This document shows, piece after piece, positions 1-11,776 of a stretch of DNA of 64,000 nucleotides. This DNA comes from Hydrolagus affinis (lineage: Eukaryota), in assembly GCA_012026655.1 (NCBI GenBank), contig JAAILG010000010.1, forward strand, positions 1 through 64,000. Reading direction: 5' to 3'. Both the position numbers and the translations under genes were made by a program. Under the pieces are notes generated by a model, which saw only the letters and a list, made by a program, of their open reading frames with translations, made no database searches and had not been told where the DNA came from. Every line of letters begins with the position of its first letter. Position 1 is the first letter of the stretch.

Positions 1-143
1 CTTCGACCTCCCCTTCATGTTTCACCCCCGCCCAAACACTCCCCTCCCAGCTCGGGTCACACTCCCCCTGTGCAGCGCCTTGGGACGTCCTCCCGACGTG
101 AAAGGCGCTCTATAAATGTAATTTGTTGTTGTTGTTGTTGTTG
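1..143 (+). mobile_element. 3' end of L2-like LINE with (GTT)n tail
   Basis: cagcgccttgggacgtcctcccgacgtgaaaggcgctctataaatgtaa + (ttg)n; the same end recurs many times in the window. Confidence 0.7.
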
Positions 144-169
144 ATACTATTGCTGAGTTTTCATTCAGA

Positions 170-335
170 TCTTACATAAGAATAAGGAGCAGGAATAGGC
201 CATTTGGCCCTTTGAGCCTGCCCTGCATTCAATAAGATCATGGCTGATCTTCCAATCTAACTCCACCTGCCCCGACTTATCCCTATATCCCTTAATCTCT
301 TTATCCATAAGAAATCTATCAATTGAATCTTCATC
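170..335 (-). mobile_element. 3' end of CR1-like LINE
   Basis: ggagcaggaataggccatttggccctttgagcctg...gatcatggctgatc is the reverse complement of a CR1-type 3'UTR; related copies at 28625-28757 and 57055-57210. Confidence 0.65.
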
Positions 336-673
336 TACTTTCTCCAACTGCAATTGTTGCTTAATTATATCAATGCATTTTGTTTTTGTTGTCTTGGCTT
401 CCCCCTCCCTCTCCCCTCTTGTTGTTGCAAGTGTAAATTGTTGTTGCTGTTGTTGATACCTTCGATTGAAATTTGTTGAGAATTGCTTGTATTTCATATC
501 CAAATTCAAGTGTAAGAATTCAAGCATTTTTGATTAATTTCTTTAAAAAATCACTTGCAGGAAAAACCCAACTGAACTGTCCAATCTTTTCTCCTATACA
601 TAAATATTGTTATATATAATATATACACAAATGTGGAATAAATATAGACAAACTGTTTCTGCTTCTCACCCAG

Positions 674-811
674 GGAATCTTGCAACAAGATATATTCCAT
701 CGTTCTCTTCTTGCCTGCTGCCTTGAAATAGTTATCTTTTCCTATAAACCTCCAGGAGACTTTGTGTGGATCATGGATATATTTGACCTTCCACCCTATC
801 ATTTTTACAAG
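674..811 (+). CDS. RBL2: RBL2 (p130) internal coding exon, pocket A domain (GILQQDIFHRSLLACCLEIVIFSYK...YHFYK)
   Basis: cccag| acceptor and AAG|gtgagc donor; 138 nt, phase 0-0; translation matches the Rb-family pocket A motif FHRSLLACCLE. Confidence 0.93.
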
Positions 812-1417
812 GTGAGCAAAGCAGAGCATTAGCAATCTTCCTCAAGACCTGCTGAAGGGTTTTCCTCCCTCTCCAGGCTCACGCATGAATGGCGACAAGA
901 TCACCTCTGCCATCTCCTGGAATTACCCAGGGTCTGAGTCACTGTTGTCAGTAAAGAAGGGAAGAAAATTGGAGGGACAAAAAATCTCAATTTTTCCACA
1001 GGTTTTTGCTTCTACGTCTGTTAGTTTGGTAATTATAAAACGATTCCATTTTGATTGGTGCTCTGGCTTCTAGAATACGATACAAATTTACATTTATATA
1101 ATGCCTTTCACATCGGGAGGATGTCTCAAAGCATCCATTCATTGCTCAATCCGTGAAAATGTGTATAATTTACTGACCCCCCCCCCCCCCCACTTACTCA
1201 GAATACAAGGAGCAAATTGATTGGAACACAATCCTGATTTTTCCTGTTGGGTCAATAAGAACGTGTCATGTAAGGTTTAGCTTGGAGCGCCAGGTTACAG
1301 CAGAGGGTCAGCTGAGGTGATGGGTCGCAGTGGGTCATTCTTTGCTCTGAGTACAGTATTTTGTTGCAATTTTTGAAGCTGATTGCTTGAATTCTATGCA
1401 TCTGCTGTCTTGTGCAG

Positions 1418-1582
1418 GTGATCGAGGTACTTATTAGGGCTGAAGATGGTCTATTCAGGGAAGTAGTCAAACACCTCAACCATATTGAGGAAACAATCCT
1501 AGAAAACATGGCATGGAAGCAAGAGTCACCTCTTTGGGATGGAATTAAAGACGCTGAAAACAAGGTTCCGACGTGTGAGGAG
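1418..1582 (+). CDS. RBL2: RBL2 coding exon (VIEVLIRAEDGLFREVVKHLNHIEE...VPTCEE)
   Basis: tgcag| acceptor, GAG|gtcagg donor; 165 nt; end of pocket A, typical p130/p107 sequence. Confidence 0.95.
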
Positions 1583-1714
1583 GTCAGGGACTGTTTTCCT
1601 TTCTGATTTTTGCGTTAACCTAAATATAGACGCTGATTTTGTCATTGAAAGATGTCGCTGCCGATTTATCGGTCTCAGCCAGCAAACAAATTTACATTTT
1701 GTGCTTTGATTTAG

Positions 1715-1826
1715 GTGATGCCACCGTATTATTTTGAAAACGTGGAGCAAACTGGCAGCAGCCTGCCCAGCTCCCCACTCCCTCACGCACGGCTAAAGGA
1801 GGTCCGTGCTGACGGGGGCAGGAAAG
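1715..1826 (+). CDS. RBL2: RBL2 coding exon, start of spacer (VMPPYYFEN...EVRADGGRK)
   Basis: ttag| acceptor, AAG|gtatat donor; 112 nt, phase 0-1; resembles p130 VMPP...EVRAD segment. Confidence 0.88.
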
Positions 1827-2214
1827 GTATATGACTTGCCTCAAACAAATGCGCTACATTGAGAATGGTGGCACATGAGAATGTTTCTTGGGGGTGCAGT
1901 GCTAGAATCAAGCCATTTATTATAAAATAATAAACCTTGCCAATGAAATGGTGCTAATCACGTTGGGAGGGTGTCTCAAAGTGCTTTGTGGGATTTACTG
2001 TAAAGTGCAGTCGCTATTATATAGGTGAACACATCAGCCAATTGGGAAACACCAATTCCCCTAACTGCGAGGAGGAAAAAATAAACTATAACAGTGCCTT
2101 GTGGCAACCCTAAATTCCTCTAACAGCTACAATATGTTGATGTTTTTTCTGTTGTGTTAATAATATAACCACCTATTTTTCTTGCTGTTTCTCCCCCCTC
2201 CCCCTCCCCCACAG

Positions 2215-2490
2215 ATACGACTGCTTCACCCACTACGTTGCACGATCGGTACAGCTCTCCCAACGCAGGCACTGCGAGGCGTAGGCTGTTTGCAGATGCA
2301 AATAACACCATGGACTCTCCGACCAGTTTACTGAGGGTTTCCCAGCAGTCGGTTGACAGTGTGGTCCCGGTGCAGAGCGCAACCGCAGAGACTGTGCCAG
2401 TGACGCACCTTCCAAGACAAACGCTCGTCACAATGGCAACGGCAACTGTAACAGCAACCAATGGACAGACCGTAACAATACCAGTTCAAG
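2215..2490 (+). CDS. RBL2: RBL2 coding exon, spacer with cyclin-binding RRRLF motif; GC donor
   Basis: acag| acceptor; 276 nt, phase 1-1; DRYSSP...ARRRLF...TLVTMATATVTATNGQTVTIPVQ; homology-required donor is CAAG|gcaggc. Confidence 0.92.
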
Positions 2491-2954
2491 GCAGGCCACT
2501 TAATATCTTTCCAATAAATACTTCTCACTGCTGATATACACACGCTTGAGCTTGCGAGTAAGTCCGATAGATTTCACCAGCTGACTTTCAGATGTAGACT
2601 TTGCGTCGTATTGCTAGACCCAGAATGAATTTCCGCTCAAATCATAAGTGATTATCGTTATTAGAACCAGTTAGTGCCCTTTAAAGAAAGTTCCTCATGT
2701 TGAGCTCAAAAAACTGCTACCTTGTTAAGTACATTTACAATACTTTTACATTTATTCCTGTCACTGTTGTTAAATTTCATGATTTTTAAGTGATTGTGTG
2801 TAATGTTTAAATCGTGCAAGTTAAAAAGCTGTTTTTCTGCTAAATATTTTACAATTTCTTTTACTTGTCTGAAACCAACACTTGTTACCAACAAGGGTTT
2901 GAACAGTCTTGTTGAAACATATTTTTGATCCTTACTTAGCTCTGTATTTTTCAG

Positions 2955-3232
2955 GCATTCCAAATGAAAACGGAGGCATTACATTTATCCCAGTGCAGCT
3001 CAGTGTCAGTGGACAGACCCAGGCGGTCACTGGTGCCATTCAGACCCTCACGGCCCAGACTCTTTCCAGCAGCCTAAGCACTCAGCAGCTGGCTGGCACT
3101 CCAGTACACATCGCTGGCCAGGGGCCATTTCAACAGGTCTCCATGTCCCCGGGACAGCAGAGATACAACCAGCAGCAAATTATGGCAAACAAGCCCAAAA
3201 AGACAGGCTCTATAGCCTTAGTCTTTAGAAAG
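2955..3232 (+). CDS. RBL2: RBL2 coding exon (GIPNENGGITFIPVQ...KPKKTGSIALVFRK)
   Basis: tttttcag| acceptor, AAG|gtatgt donor; 278 nt, phase 1-0. Confidence 0.94.
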
Positions 3233-3344
3233 GTATGTTTTTTAAAAAAAAAATTATATCAGTGCAGAGGAACAGAATGATTTTTCATCCAATGTCAGCT
3301 CAATCTCCCAGTGTCCCAGCCAATAATTCCCCCAAATAAAATCA

Positions 3345-3502
3345 GTGAATCACACTATGGTTGTTTGTGGGACATCGGTGTGCACAAGTTGGCTGTCGCA
3401 GTCGCCTACAAAATACACTGCACTTTACACTACATCCTGTGAAGCACTCTGAGGTATCCTCCCAAAGTGAAGATGAGATATCAAATGCAAGGATTATTAT
3501 TG
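3345..3502 (+). mobile_element. 3' half of DeuSINE-like SINE
   Basis: tttgtgggaca...ttggctg core and tatcaaatgcaaggattattatt tail shared with the full-length copies. Confidence 0.6.
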
Positions 3503-4032
3503 CTCTGGATTTGACGGTCTTTACTGTGTGTAAATTTCCTATAGCGACCCTGTCATAGTTTTGAGATAATTTCTGGATGTAACAATGCTGTTTGTTGTGG
3601 CTGTGCTTCCTGATATTGAAGTGAGACCAGGTTATAACTATCAAAAGTTCTGAATTAAACGAGTAATCTTGAGCTGCTAGAAATTCTTTTTTTTACTTAA
3701 TTCTTGCTCTTGCTCTTAATTATTCATTTTTTATACTCTTCCAGCCAATACTTAAAGTACACAGAGGGAATACATTTCAAAAAGTAACTGAAACCCATAA
3801 AAAAAAATTGAAATCAGTTTTCGTAAAATTTTTTGAAAATTTGTTAAGAAAATTAGACATTTGGGTACAGTCAAATGGAAACGATGTAGATTGTGTTAGG
3901 ACTGGCTGTTTTCGGGGAGAAAGTACTCGTTCAACAGGTTGTACTAAATAGTGTTGTAATATATATATATTGTAGTTGTATGTGATCATTTATTGCAAGC
4001 TCAGACATTTATGTCTTATTTTGAACAACTAG

Positions 4033-4209
4033 GTTTATCATTTGGCAAGTGTCCGACTACGAGATCTCTGTGCAAAGCTGGACATTTCTGATGATTTGAG
4101 AAGCAAGATCTGGACATGTTTTGAATACTCTCTGGTCAACTGCACTGACCTTATGACTGACCGGCACTTGGATCAGCTCCTTATGTGTGCAATTTATATA
4201 ATGGCCAAG
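4033..4209 (+). CDS. RBL2: RBL2 coding exon, pocket B (VYHLASVRLRDLC...DRHLDQLLMCAIYIMAK)
   Basis: ctag| acceptor, AAG|gtaaat donor; 177 nt; hallmark DRHLDQ pocket-B motif. Confidence 0.96.
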
Positions 4210-4608
4210 GTAAATTATACATTCGGGTATCTCCCGAAACTTACGATAATTGAAATATGCTCCCGATTGCCTTAAACGCATCTCTTGTAATACTAAGCAA
4301 TGTAGATGAGAAGGCCGCAGATGCAAGTGTTAGAAGAGAGAAGTCCCCTGGGATGTGGAGATGGGGGCATCAGCTCAAGTCTGAGCCCCCGATGAATGTG
4401 TGTGTGTGTGTGTGCGCATGTTTAGTTTGATTCCAACTCATGGTTAAATGGTCTGCAGATGCTCGCTGTGTCAGTGCATACTTGAGATCACTTGGGTGAG
4501 ATATTATAGAGTGGAAGCTTCGAGGAGAAAAATGGTGAGAATGAGGAAAACTGCATATTTTCCAGCAGCACAAATGAGCCCAGACTGAGAATAAACCTTT
4601 GTTTTCAG

Positions 4609-4680
4609 GTGACGAAACAAGATCAATCCTTTCAGAATATCATGCGCTATTACAGAACCCAGCCACAAGCCAGCAGCAAT
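4609..4680 (+). CDS. RBL2: RBL2 coding exon, pocket B (VTKQDQSFQNIMRYYRTQPQASSN)
   Basis: ttttcag| acceptor, |gtatgt donor; 72 nt; FQNIMR.YRTQPQA motif. Confidence 0.93.
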
Positions 4681-6040
4681 GTATGTGAAACCACTTTATT
4701 ACCCTTTTCTGACTGTTGTGATTGTGTGTGGTGAGTCGATTGATATTACATAAACTACTGACTTTTTTTTTTATCTTACATCAGCTATTCAGACTTGCAT
4801 TTTTGCTATATCTTTCAAAGCATTTGAAAAGATTATTGCCATGCTGGCAGAACAAATCTTACTAAACTGTCAGTGGTTGGGGAATGACTGATTGTATAAA
4901 CAATTAATGATTTTCATGTCACTCATTATAAAACTTTCGAATTTGGAGAATATTCAACAATCTAATATGTTATCCTTAAGGAATACATACAACTGGGGGG
5001 TGGATGGATGGTGGGGGGGGGGTGGGGCGGGTGGCGGGAGGAGAAATAGCACTTTTGCACTTTTGTTTCAAATTAAGATTGATTCTATTTGAAAATCTTT
5101 CAGCTGCAATTAATAGTGAAGGGCTGTAGGAATGCTGCACAACAAACCTAAGACAATCAGCTTGCCTTCAGGTTTTTGCAAGATTTACTGAAACTTGGCT
5201 AGTTGGAGTAAGATTTTAAATGTGGTGAGTGAGAAAGAATAACCTTAGCTGGTAGCAAGCACTCAAATACCTCCTGTACTGCACTTACTCAAACCCCCGA
5301 TGCAGAGCCCAAACAAACTCTTCATATTTGCAGAGGCCAGTAGTTATTGTTTAATCAAATTGAAGTGCTTTTAGTTAATGTGGGCAATGCTGGAAGCACA
5401 GATCAGAAGTCTCTTGACAGTAATTCACTTAGTTTTTGAATGGTTTCCAAATATCAAAGTGTTGTGTTATTGTATATCACTGTGCAAAATCTTGGATGAG
5501 GTTGGTCCATAAGAACTGATGCTATTGCAGAATTATACAAGGATGTTGTATGAAGTTGCGGTTCTCTCAAAACCTTTGCCTCACGGTGTTGTCCTGATTC
5601 CTCGTGCCATGTTTTTCTCATTAGTAGAAATCTGTTGGTGACAGAGCTAGAAGTACTGCATTATCACATGGGTCAAAATTCTTGCCTTTTAGCCAGAAAT
5701 TGCAGCCAACATGAAGCTTATTTTCCATTACACAATTACTACAATAAAAGAACTGATCAAAAGTTGTTTACGCTGCTCTCCTTGACATTTGGTCCAATGG
5801 AACCGATGGCTGATAAATTGAATTTATAATTTTCATTTTTTTTATACATTAGGGGGAAATAAAGCAGAGTGGTATTTGAGAGAAGAATACAAGTGGTGGG
5901 GGCTTGTGTGGAGTACATGCACAAACACAGACTAGTTGGGCTGAATGACTCATTTCTGTGCTATATAATTCTATGAATTTCTATATATTCTGTGCAAGCA
6001 ATTATACTTCATGCTATGTAATTTATTTTAGGGTTGAACC

Positions 6041-6301
6041 AGCATGTTTAGTGTGTGGAGGCATGTTTTTGTACACTCTATATAAACATCCTTATCAAAT
6101 GCAATGATTAAAGGTTCATAAAATACAAGTTCAAGCAGCAAGTGTAAACTGGACAACAAACACTACTTTTCCACATCTTCCCACATTAAGCTACACAGTG
6201 GCATTTTTATATAAAGTATACAAATGCATGCCTCCACACAGTAAACATGCTTATCCATAAAACAACACTTGCTGCTTGAACTAGTATTTTATGAACCTTT
6301 A
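6041..6301. repeat. Two interleaved inverted repeats (A-B-A'-B')
   Basis: A 6041-6086 vs A' 6206-6251 (41/46 complementary); B 6109-6145 vs B' 6265-6301 (36/37). Confidence 0.85.
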
Positions 6302-8373
6302 CAATATAAGATTAATTGCTAGCCACAGTTTCACCAGTTCAGTTATTTAAAGGCGACTGCCAAGAAGATATCAGCATTCCAAGCACTGAATTGCTCTTCT
6401 GGCCAACATTTCTCCACGTGTCCAAACAGAAGCATGATGTGTCCTGATTGAATGCATTTTTCCATTTCACTCAGCACGTTCTCCGGGAAATCTATTGTTA
6501 TTGAGCAAATTACACCCTGATACTGATCACACCCCAGAATGTATATTAAGTCCAGAGCTTGGGAACAAAAACTGAATGTGATACCCTAGGGTTAGACAGC
6601 TGTTTCCGTGCTGTATTACTCTATATATAAGTAGAATGAAGCAGTTGGTTAGGAAATATTACATGCCACATTCAATTCACAAACTGGAGATGAGTCCATA
6701 AAGCAAAAGGACGTAAAGAATGGTGAAAGTAACAAAAGATGTAAAATAAAGATAAAATATGGACTTGTTTTCCTTTAAAATATTAGTCTGCTAAATGTTT
6801 GATTTTTGGCTGAAAACAGCAGAGGACAAATTTGTGCAGATAATTTTTCTGATTTGATCCTCAACACATTTTGGGGGAATAGGTGGAAGATTTTAAGTCT
6901 GAAATCTGATCAGTTAAATGGCTCACCAGTTCTGCAGAATGGATTCTGCACAGGTTCTTAGTTGGTCTAAACAGATAAAGAATTCCATTTGCTGGCAAAT
7001 GGCTTTTTACTTTTAGTTTAGTAAACCGATGTACAAACATAATGTTCTGTGGCTATGGATTATATTGAAATCAGTGGCCCAATTGAAATCAGTGTGAAAA
7101 GCATCTTTACTTCAGGCTGTAAAAACAAACGCAGCATTAAAAATCAACATAAGTGTGCCATTTTTATAATGCAAACTACAGCATTTTAAAATCCAGCAAA
7201 ATTTACATGTTGCTTTTATACATTTTATGATACATTTTACTAATCCAGGGTTTGGAGGTTAGATTGTTTATCTTTATTTATTACATTAGAAGTTTTGCAA
7301 TTCTGTAAAGTTTTTTTGTTGTTGCCTTTTATTTCTTCAACTGAGCGAGCTCAAAAGCCCAGCACCTAAGAAAATAAAATTTGAAAAATCGCTGGCAGCA
7401 AATTTACATTCTTTCCATATTAGTCCATTATGTGCTTTAGATCTGACTCAACTGAAACAGAAACAGTGAAATTAAATCAGACATGCAATTGTCAGGAAGG
7501 TGGAACGTGAACTAGATGGACCTTGGCCTTTTTTCGTATAGTGTTTTTTTAGGTACTTATGTGGTAAATACAATACTCTGTATTGTAGTCTATATGAAAG
7601 GGGTGGTGTTGACAAAGCAATCCTCAGGAAAGTAGTAATGTTACTGGCATCTTGCAACTGGATAAAGTACCTGATGAGGTTGTGCATCTTCAGCAGCGTA
7701 AGTAATGCTGAACTGTGACACTTTAGCTGAGATGATCTGGTTTCATTGCTGAGACCTTTCGTGGAGTAAGCAGATTTATCGTATTATGGCCCCTAAACTT
7801 ATCCAGCACCGATGAAACAATGATGGCAAAGTGATCCATGATAACCCCAAACTTCCAGTAATGTGGAAAACCTGGCATTCAGTTCACAAACTCAGCAGAA
7901 ACCTCACTTTCCTGGTAAGATTGAGAATTCTGACAGTCATACCAATGTGAACGGGCTAAATTTCAAGCATTTACCTTTCAAAATTTCCCGCACTGCTCCT
8001 CTATCCTCACAACCTGGTCCTTGAAATAATGAGTATGTGGAGAATAACACAAGTTCGGGGTGGGGGGGGGGGGGGAGAACATAAATGGGTTTAATTAAGG
8101 TGTACTCTTGACAAGCTTCCCACTATTGTATGTGGACTTGGGAGCTAAATTCTTCAGTTAGTATGTCAGCAAAGCTAATCACTTGTTATTGTGTTCTTGA
8201 TTACAGGAGTCTGTTTTAATTAATAAACCTGTTTGTCATTATTACTCACCATGATTTAAACCATTCTAACATTGGGTTTTTGCCAGTTCTCCTCCATGTG
8301 CATTACACTGTATTTCTGGCTGTAGGTGAAAGGTTCTGTACAGGTATAATTTGTTAATTTGCCATTGTTGTAG

Positions 8374-8479
8374 GTTTACAGGAGTGTGTTGTTGAAAGCT
8401 CGAAGGAGACGACGAACATCTGGCAGTAGTGATGGGAGTGGCCGCCAGGGTTCACCATCTGAGACCAGCAGAGATCGGA
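8374..8479 (+). CDS. RBL2: RBL2 coding exon (VYRSVLLKARRRRRTSGSSDGSGRQGSPSETSRDR)
   Basis: tgtag| acceptor, |gtaagt donor; 106 nt, phase 0-1. Confidence 0.92.
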
Positions 8480-8999
8480 GTAAGTGTCTCAGATGTTTAG
8501 TTTAGTTGGGTCTTTGGCACAAAACATATTTTCATATTTGTTTTTTTTTCTGTATTTTGTTTTATCATTTGTATTGCACTGTTCTACTCTGGACCCATTT
8601 TATCACCACCATTATTAATATTGCAAGATTCCCGCCCCTCACAGTGGCTTCAAGCTTCTTTTTAAAGTCCTCTAGTGTCCTGGTATATGTACAAGGGAAG
8701 AAATCATATGAATAAAAGAGCAAAGTTCCACAGATTTGCTATTGCCTGAACTGAACAGGCTTGAATATTCTCAACATTTTATTTTTAAAAACTTAAACAC
8801 TTGAAGAGGTTAGAAAGTAGTCAATCAGTCTTCAGGTCACATCTTAAGACTGTCCTATTGCAGGGTGCCTACGGTCATCTCCCCTTTATCCCTGTCAAGA
8901 CATTAAACCATAGTGGGGTTAGCTGTCCTGCCTGAACGGCACTGTATAAATGCAGGTTGTTGCTTCACTCCATGCAGCTTCACATTTTATTCTGTACAG

Positions 9000-9214
9000 C
9001 CAGCAGAGATTCCAGCCCAAACATGAGGTCTAACAGCACTCTTCCAGTACCACATCCTAACAGCGCACCACCTACCCCAACTAGACTGGCCGGAGCCAAC
9101 AGTGATATGGAAGAGGAGGAAAGAGGGGACCTCATTCAATTCTACAACAACATCTATATCAGACGAGTCAAAGCATTTGCATTGAAATATTCAGCATCAA
9201 ACCTAGATAATGGG
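9000..9214 (+). CDS. RBL2: RBL2 coding exon (TSRDSSPNMRS...EERGDLIQFYNNIYI...NLDNG)
   Basis: tacag| acceptor, GGG|gtaaga donor; 215 nt, phase 1-0; RGDLIQFYN pocket-B motif. Confidence 0.95.
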
Positions 9215-9434
9215 GTAAGATGTTTCTTCACAATTATATAAATAGAATTTTTAGTTACTTTCAGGAAAATTACTGTCTAGTTGTAATCATTAAAAAAAAA
9301 CTTTGCTAATAATTTGTATATCTAGATTTATTCTGGGTGAAAAGATAATAATAATAAATCCTTGCATGTGATATGAATGAACAGTGCTACCTGCTGAATT
9401 CAGGGCTGAGATTGATGTGTGCTTATTTACTCAG

Positions 9435-9599
9435 GGTGAAGCTTCATCTTTATCTCCTTTCCCATCTGTAAGGATGGGATCACCACGGCGTGTTTTACTC
9501 TCTCAGCATCACTCCATTTATATTTCACCACATAAGAATGTAGGTGCTCTTTCACCAAGGGAAAAAATGTTCTACTGTTTCAGCAGAAGTCCGTCTAAG
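9435..9599 (+). CDS. RBL2: RBL2 coding exon, C-terminal domain (GEASSLSPFP...SPRRVLLSQHHSIYISPHK...SPSK)
   Basis: ctcag| acceptor, AAG|gtaagt donor; 165 nt. Confidence 0.94.
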
Positions 9600-9864
9600 G
9601 TAAGTGTCGATTGCAGGCAACTAATCTTACTGTCTCGCTAGTTGCTGGCTGGGTGACTGTTTAGTTCATTGTGATTTTATTTATACAATTGATTGTGAGT
9701 GGTATACGTGCGTCAAAGTTAGACACCAGCTCAACATCCCAAGCTTTAAATGACAAATCTATTGCCTGCTCAACCACTAGCATTCCAGTAACTCGCGCAT
9801 ATTTTCTGTTGTTTTGCAGTCCATGTGTAACTGCTGGCATTTATTTGATTCTCTTTGGTTGCAG

Positions 9865-10035
9865 AGACTGAGAGACATTAATACTATGATTAAATCTGGT
9901 GAAACTCCAACAAAGAAACGTGGCTTTTCACTGGATGATGGCAGTGAAATACCAGCCAAGAGGATCTGCCAGGAGAACCACACTGCACTACTGAGGCGCT
10001 TGCAAGATGTAGCCAATGACAGAGGATCACACTGA
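9865..10035 (+). CDS. RBL2: RBL2 last coding exon (RLRDINTMIK...LQDVANDRGSH*)
   Basis: tgcag| acceptor, TGA stop at 10033-10035; C-terminus RRLQDVANDRGSH is characteristic of p130. Confidence 0.96.
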   Translation, partial: RLRDINTMIKSGETPTKKRGFSLDDGSEIPAKRICQENHTALLRRLQDVANDRGSH

Positions 10036-11770
10036 TTCAGTCTGGTATATATTTCTGATCACTCACTATGAAACAGAACAGATATGGCACAAACCGTGCA
10101 CTTGTACTGATCTTTGACTTTCCCTAACATGTACCTGTTGGCAAGAGTCCTGGAACCCGTCATTGAACGTGTTTTTTTTAAAATTGTCCTGGATCCTAGC
10201 TTTGTGAAAGTTTATCGAGACAGTGTTAAGCATCCTGCAGAGAAATGAAAATCGAAGGTGTAATAAGGCTACCTTGAACCACCGTTGAATTTCCTGGTTG
10301 GAATAACAGCTTGCTGTTTATGAAATAGTTTTGAAGACGTAAGTGCTTTTTAGATTAAAGAGCAGGTTTATGAGGTAGTCAATTTAAATTTTTATAACAG
10401 CTTATTGTTTTCTAAAGAGTGATATCTTAGTACAGTGTTGTCGAACCCAGATTTGTACTAAGCCACGTGCGTGACTTGTGAACAGTCGTGAACATCAGTT
10501 GAAGAAGTTGCTGGTATTTAACTGATATTTACATATGAAAAGACACCATGAGGTCAAGTTATATTCATTGAAATATATATGGGAAACAGGTCATGCAAAT
10601 CATGTTTTACAAATTTCTTATTGTCAATATGACATGTAACAACTTTCTACCTGTCTTAGTTGATAGATCAGATGAGTATTATTTTAGATGACTTTCAAAA
10701 AGCCTGATTAGAGAAATTGTCTGAAAGCATTATATATTTGAAGAGCCATGCATGCATTTGTGTAAGCAAATATGTCGGGGGGAATTATGAGACAAATGCT
10801 TTCTGCTGAAGCAGCTGTGAGCTACATTGAGACCTGACGTGTGGCGCAATGGTTTGACAATGTTGCCTTAGTATATCTGGGGTTAGCAAGAGTAATATTA
10901 ACAGGGTTTGCTAGAATTTTATATGTAAAAAAAATTATGAACACATTCTCTGTTATCAACATTGAAACACAATGCACTTAGTTTTTCCAAGCGTTGTACA
11001 CATTCTGCTCCAAGGTGAGATTGCACAGGTGGATGTCAATCTATCAAATTGGAAGGAAGGAATAGCACTTCTATTGATAGCACACGATAGAGCTTCACAA
11101 ATTACATACATTTACTTACATTAAGGTAAGGTGAAAGTGGTCACTAAAAATGCAACCAGCCCAATCAAATCTTACTCAGTGGGTGTTGGGTGTTCTTTGC
11201 TACATTTACCAAATTCAACATGTATAACAGATTCAACTGGTGTAAGACAGATTGCAAGTTATAATGAAAATGATCACCCCTGCTTTTTGCTGTTTCTTTC
11301 CTAGTGACTTAGAAAGGAGGGAAGGTGTGAGACTGATGCTAGAATTTTAAATCTGAGAAATTTCCCATTTTATAAAACACAATCTCACATTTTAAGTTCT
11401 CAAATATTTTAATGATGAAAAAACGCTCCATGCCTCAAATTAAATTAAAAAGGATACAGTACACAATTTATTCATCACTTGAGTACTGTTCTGGTAAATC
11501 ACATCTGAAAACAAGATAAATGTTTATGAAAACAACTGATGCTTTTAAAACAATTAAGTCTCTACCTCCTTGTCACTCTAAAAGTTGTGAAACAAATTTT
11601 TGTTACAAATATATGTATTCAATTGTACACATCTATTCAGTTATAAAGAGTAGAAGTGTCAATGAAGTATTGAAAGTGTTTTAGGATCAATGAGCATTTT
11701 AAAGAACTAGCAGCATTTTGTGTACATTTTAGTCATTTAAAATAATTATCTGCTTTAAGCATTTCTGTAA

Positions 11771-11776
11771 AATAAA
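11771..11776 (+). terminator. RBL2: Likely RBL2 polyadenylation signal (AATAAA), 3'UTR about 1.75 kb
   Basis: AATAAA at the end of a repeat-free AU-rich stretch downstream of the RBL2 stop; usage inferred, not shown. Confidence 0.5.

Noticed and set aside
165-527. 120-aa ORF with polyQ
   Set aside because: Made of a CR1 3' end plus (GTT)n simple repeats inside an RBL2 intron
2120-2543. Minus-strand ORFs over RBL2 exons (also 1252-1563, 4057-4326, 9777-10016)
   Set aside because: Antisense shadows of real coding exons
4995-5040. G-rich tracts as functional G-quadruplexes (also 8057-8075, 46532-46553)
   Set aside because: Simple homopolymer-like runs, common in this genome and error-prone in assembly; no supporting context
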